From an uncultured Pseudobdellovibrionaceae bacterium (lineage in GTDB: Bacteria > Bdellovibrionota > Bdellovibrionia > Bdellovibrionales > UBA1609), in NCBI GenBank assembly GCA_964628445.1, contig CAZVOP010000001.1:27355-91354 (forward strand): a DNA stretch of 64,000 bases, given 5' to 3'. The notes under the pieces were generated by a model that was not told the origin of the DNA, made no database searches, and worked only from the letters and a program-made list of their open reading frames with translations. Within the stretch, counting starts at the first letter, position 1. Each line of letters starts with the position of its first letter. The position numbers were made by a program, and so were the translations under genes. Below are positions 62,685-64,000 of the stretch, piece by piece.

Positions 62685-63616
62685 AGATCATTTTCACCGC
62701 TGTAGCTGTGGCTCTACTTTATTCTTCCTCGGTATTCGCGGCGGCCGGTGTCAGTTGGGCGGCTAAAGAGGATTATAAAAACCCTAAGAACGAAATGGGT
62801 TTATGTACTGAAGCCAGCAGTAAGCAGCTGTTTATGAAGACAGGCTATTGCCAGTCGATCATGGAGATCTTGACGAACGAGAACTATTGCCCGAAAGGCT
62901 GCGATCCCAAGGAATGCCCCGCCGCCAAATTTAAGGAAATTAAGGAGCGGTTTCTTCAGGATCGAGCGGGAACTACGGGCACCGCAAAAGCTAAATACAC
63001 TAAGGCTGTAACTATTGATTACACGTGCGACAACAAAAAGGAAAATGCCACAAAATATCTTGAGGATCTCGCGAAAGACAAAGATACCACGAAGTTCACC
63101 AATGTGATGGCGCAGTTTTTTGCCATGGTTGCGATAGAAACCTCGGATTGGGATAGCCAAGCGAAAGGAAACGGCGGAGGGGAAGGTTTGTTTGGTCTCA
63201 CCCGTAAGGACATGGAGGATCCCAAGTACCGTTGCGGTTGCGAATTGGCTAATCCTCCCGATCCATTACCGGGTCCTGAAGACGGGCACCACAGCTTAAC
63301 GTGTGGCACTTATATGGCACTCGTGAATATCTCGAAGGACGGAACATTGTTTGGTGGCAAGAATAAGACGACGCCTGCGCAGAACGGCACACGCGCAACC
63401 GCCACGAGTTCAAATGAAGAAAACAAAGATACTCGCGAAGGCGCCGCCAAGATTTTTAAAGTTTTGGAGGTCACCGACAAGAGCTACGAGCAAAACGGCA
63501 CATTGACTCGGATGAGCCATAAGATGGAATTTTTCTGTCAAAACTCCGCACACTCAAAAACCACCACATGGACGCCGACCCTCGACAAAATGATCGGCTC
63601 CGAGACCTTTAAATAA
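62681..63616 (+). CDS. Secreted Cys-rich protein with a possible divergent lysozyme-like/SLT core
   Basis: Signal peptide. 10 or more Cys. VAIETSDWDS...GEGLFGLT loosely resembles the SLT E-S ... G-L-x-Q-x pattern. Confidence 0.4.
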   Translation: MKIIFTAVAVALLYSSSVFAAAGVSWAAKEDYKNPKNEMGLCTEASSKQLFMKTGYCQSIMEILTNENYCPKGCDPKECPAAKFKEIKERFLQDRAGTTGTAKAKYTKAVTIDYTCDNKKENATKYLEDLAKDKDTTKFTNVMAQFFAMVAIETSDWDSQAKGNGGGEGLFGLTRKDMEDPKYRCGCELANPPDPLPGPEDGHHSLTCGTYMALVNISKDGTLFGGKNKTTPAQNGTRATATSSNEENKDTREGAAKIFKVLEVTDKSYEQNGTLTRMSHKMEFFCQNSAHSKTTTWTPTLDKMIGSETFK

Positions 63617-64000
63617 CCTTCTCGATCCGGCGATCGGGAATCAACCACACCATGGCGACAAGCGCGTACAGAAAGTACGCGCCAAGCGGCAGGTAAAACG
63701 ACAATCCGATCGCTACGGCGTACAGCAAAACTGAAAACTTACTTTTGTAGTCGTGACCGACCGCTTTGGCTAAAGTGGAACTCTCGCCATGTAGGCGCAG
63801 TAAGGCCATGGTCAGAATGGTGAATGCAAATCCCGAAGCCATCAGCACCACTCCGTAAATGGCGACGGGGAGCCCGTGGAACTCATGCTCGCCCATCCAT
63901 GCCGTCGCGAAAGGAATCAACGATAGCCAAAATAACAAATGCAAATTGGCCCACAAGACCGCGCCGTCGACCTTTTGCACGACCTGCAACAGATGATGGT
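63609..64000 (-). CDS. TMEM175/DUF1211-like membrane protein (C-terminal part; gene start lies beyond the window end)
   Basis: Frame is open to position 64000. WANLHLLFWLSLIPFATAWMGE plus further TM helices. Confidence 0.5.
   Translation of the reverse strand, partial: HHLLQVVQKVDGAVLWANLHLLFWLSLIPFATAWMGEHEFHGLPVAIYGVVLMASGFAFTILTMALLRLHGESSTLAKAVGHDYKSKFSVLLYAVAIGLSFYLPLGAYFLYALVAMVWLIPDRRIEKVI

Noticed and set aside
1-64000. CRISPR arrays, IS elements, integrases, prophage blocks, rRNA and tRNA genes
   Set aside because: By eye I found no direct-repeat/spacer periodicity, no transposase, integrase or recombinase motifs in any ORF, and no gap long enough for an rRNA. An undetected short ncRNA cannot be excluded without covariance-model searches.

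Overview
Coordinates below include stop codons. This is a densely coding chromosomal window (about 70 CDS) from a diderm bacterium. I found no rRNA, tRNA, CRISPR array, transposase or integrase. The many secreted proteases, nucleases and lytic transglycosylases fit a Bdellovibrionota/Oligoflexia-like organism, but that is only an inference.

Recognisable core content:
- Arginine biosynthesis: argC-argJ-argB-argF-argR on the minus strand, divergent from argG-argH.
- oxyR, divergent from ahpC-ahpD.
- A DsbD-family reductase with a redoxin.
- A pyrC-like gene, fabH, ilvE, trpS, slyD, recQ, dinB, arfB, ampG, bglX and an ABC-F ATPase.
- Two sensor histidine kinases, two PilZ proteins and two radical-SAM proteins.

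Most interesting observations:
1. A tightly packed four-gene operon (13025-16303). Its first product is a signal peptide, a single CXXCH and then an outer-membrane beta-barrel (Cyc2-like fused cytochrome-porin layout). Three c-type cytochromes follow.
2. A BlaI/BlaR1-type repressor and M56 sensor-protease pair. The extracytoplasmic sensor is an MltD-like lytic transglycosylase domain rather than a penicillin-binding domain. Twin 16-bp palindromic operators lie upstream and ampG lies nearby.
3. A roughly 30-nt palindromic element present twice, 46 kb apart, at convergent gene junctions.
4. A 25-bp near-perfect inverted repeat enclosing 54 nt in a 236-nt intergenic gap.
5. A hybrid histidine kinase whose PAS-coding frame runs 82 codons upstream of the first ATG with no ATG, GTG or TTG.
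6. A PBP1C-like protein with several apparently degenerate catalytic motifs.

All family assignments come from reading motifs in the supplied translations. No database search was run.
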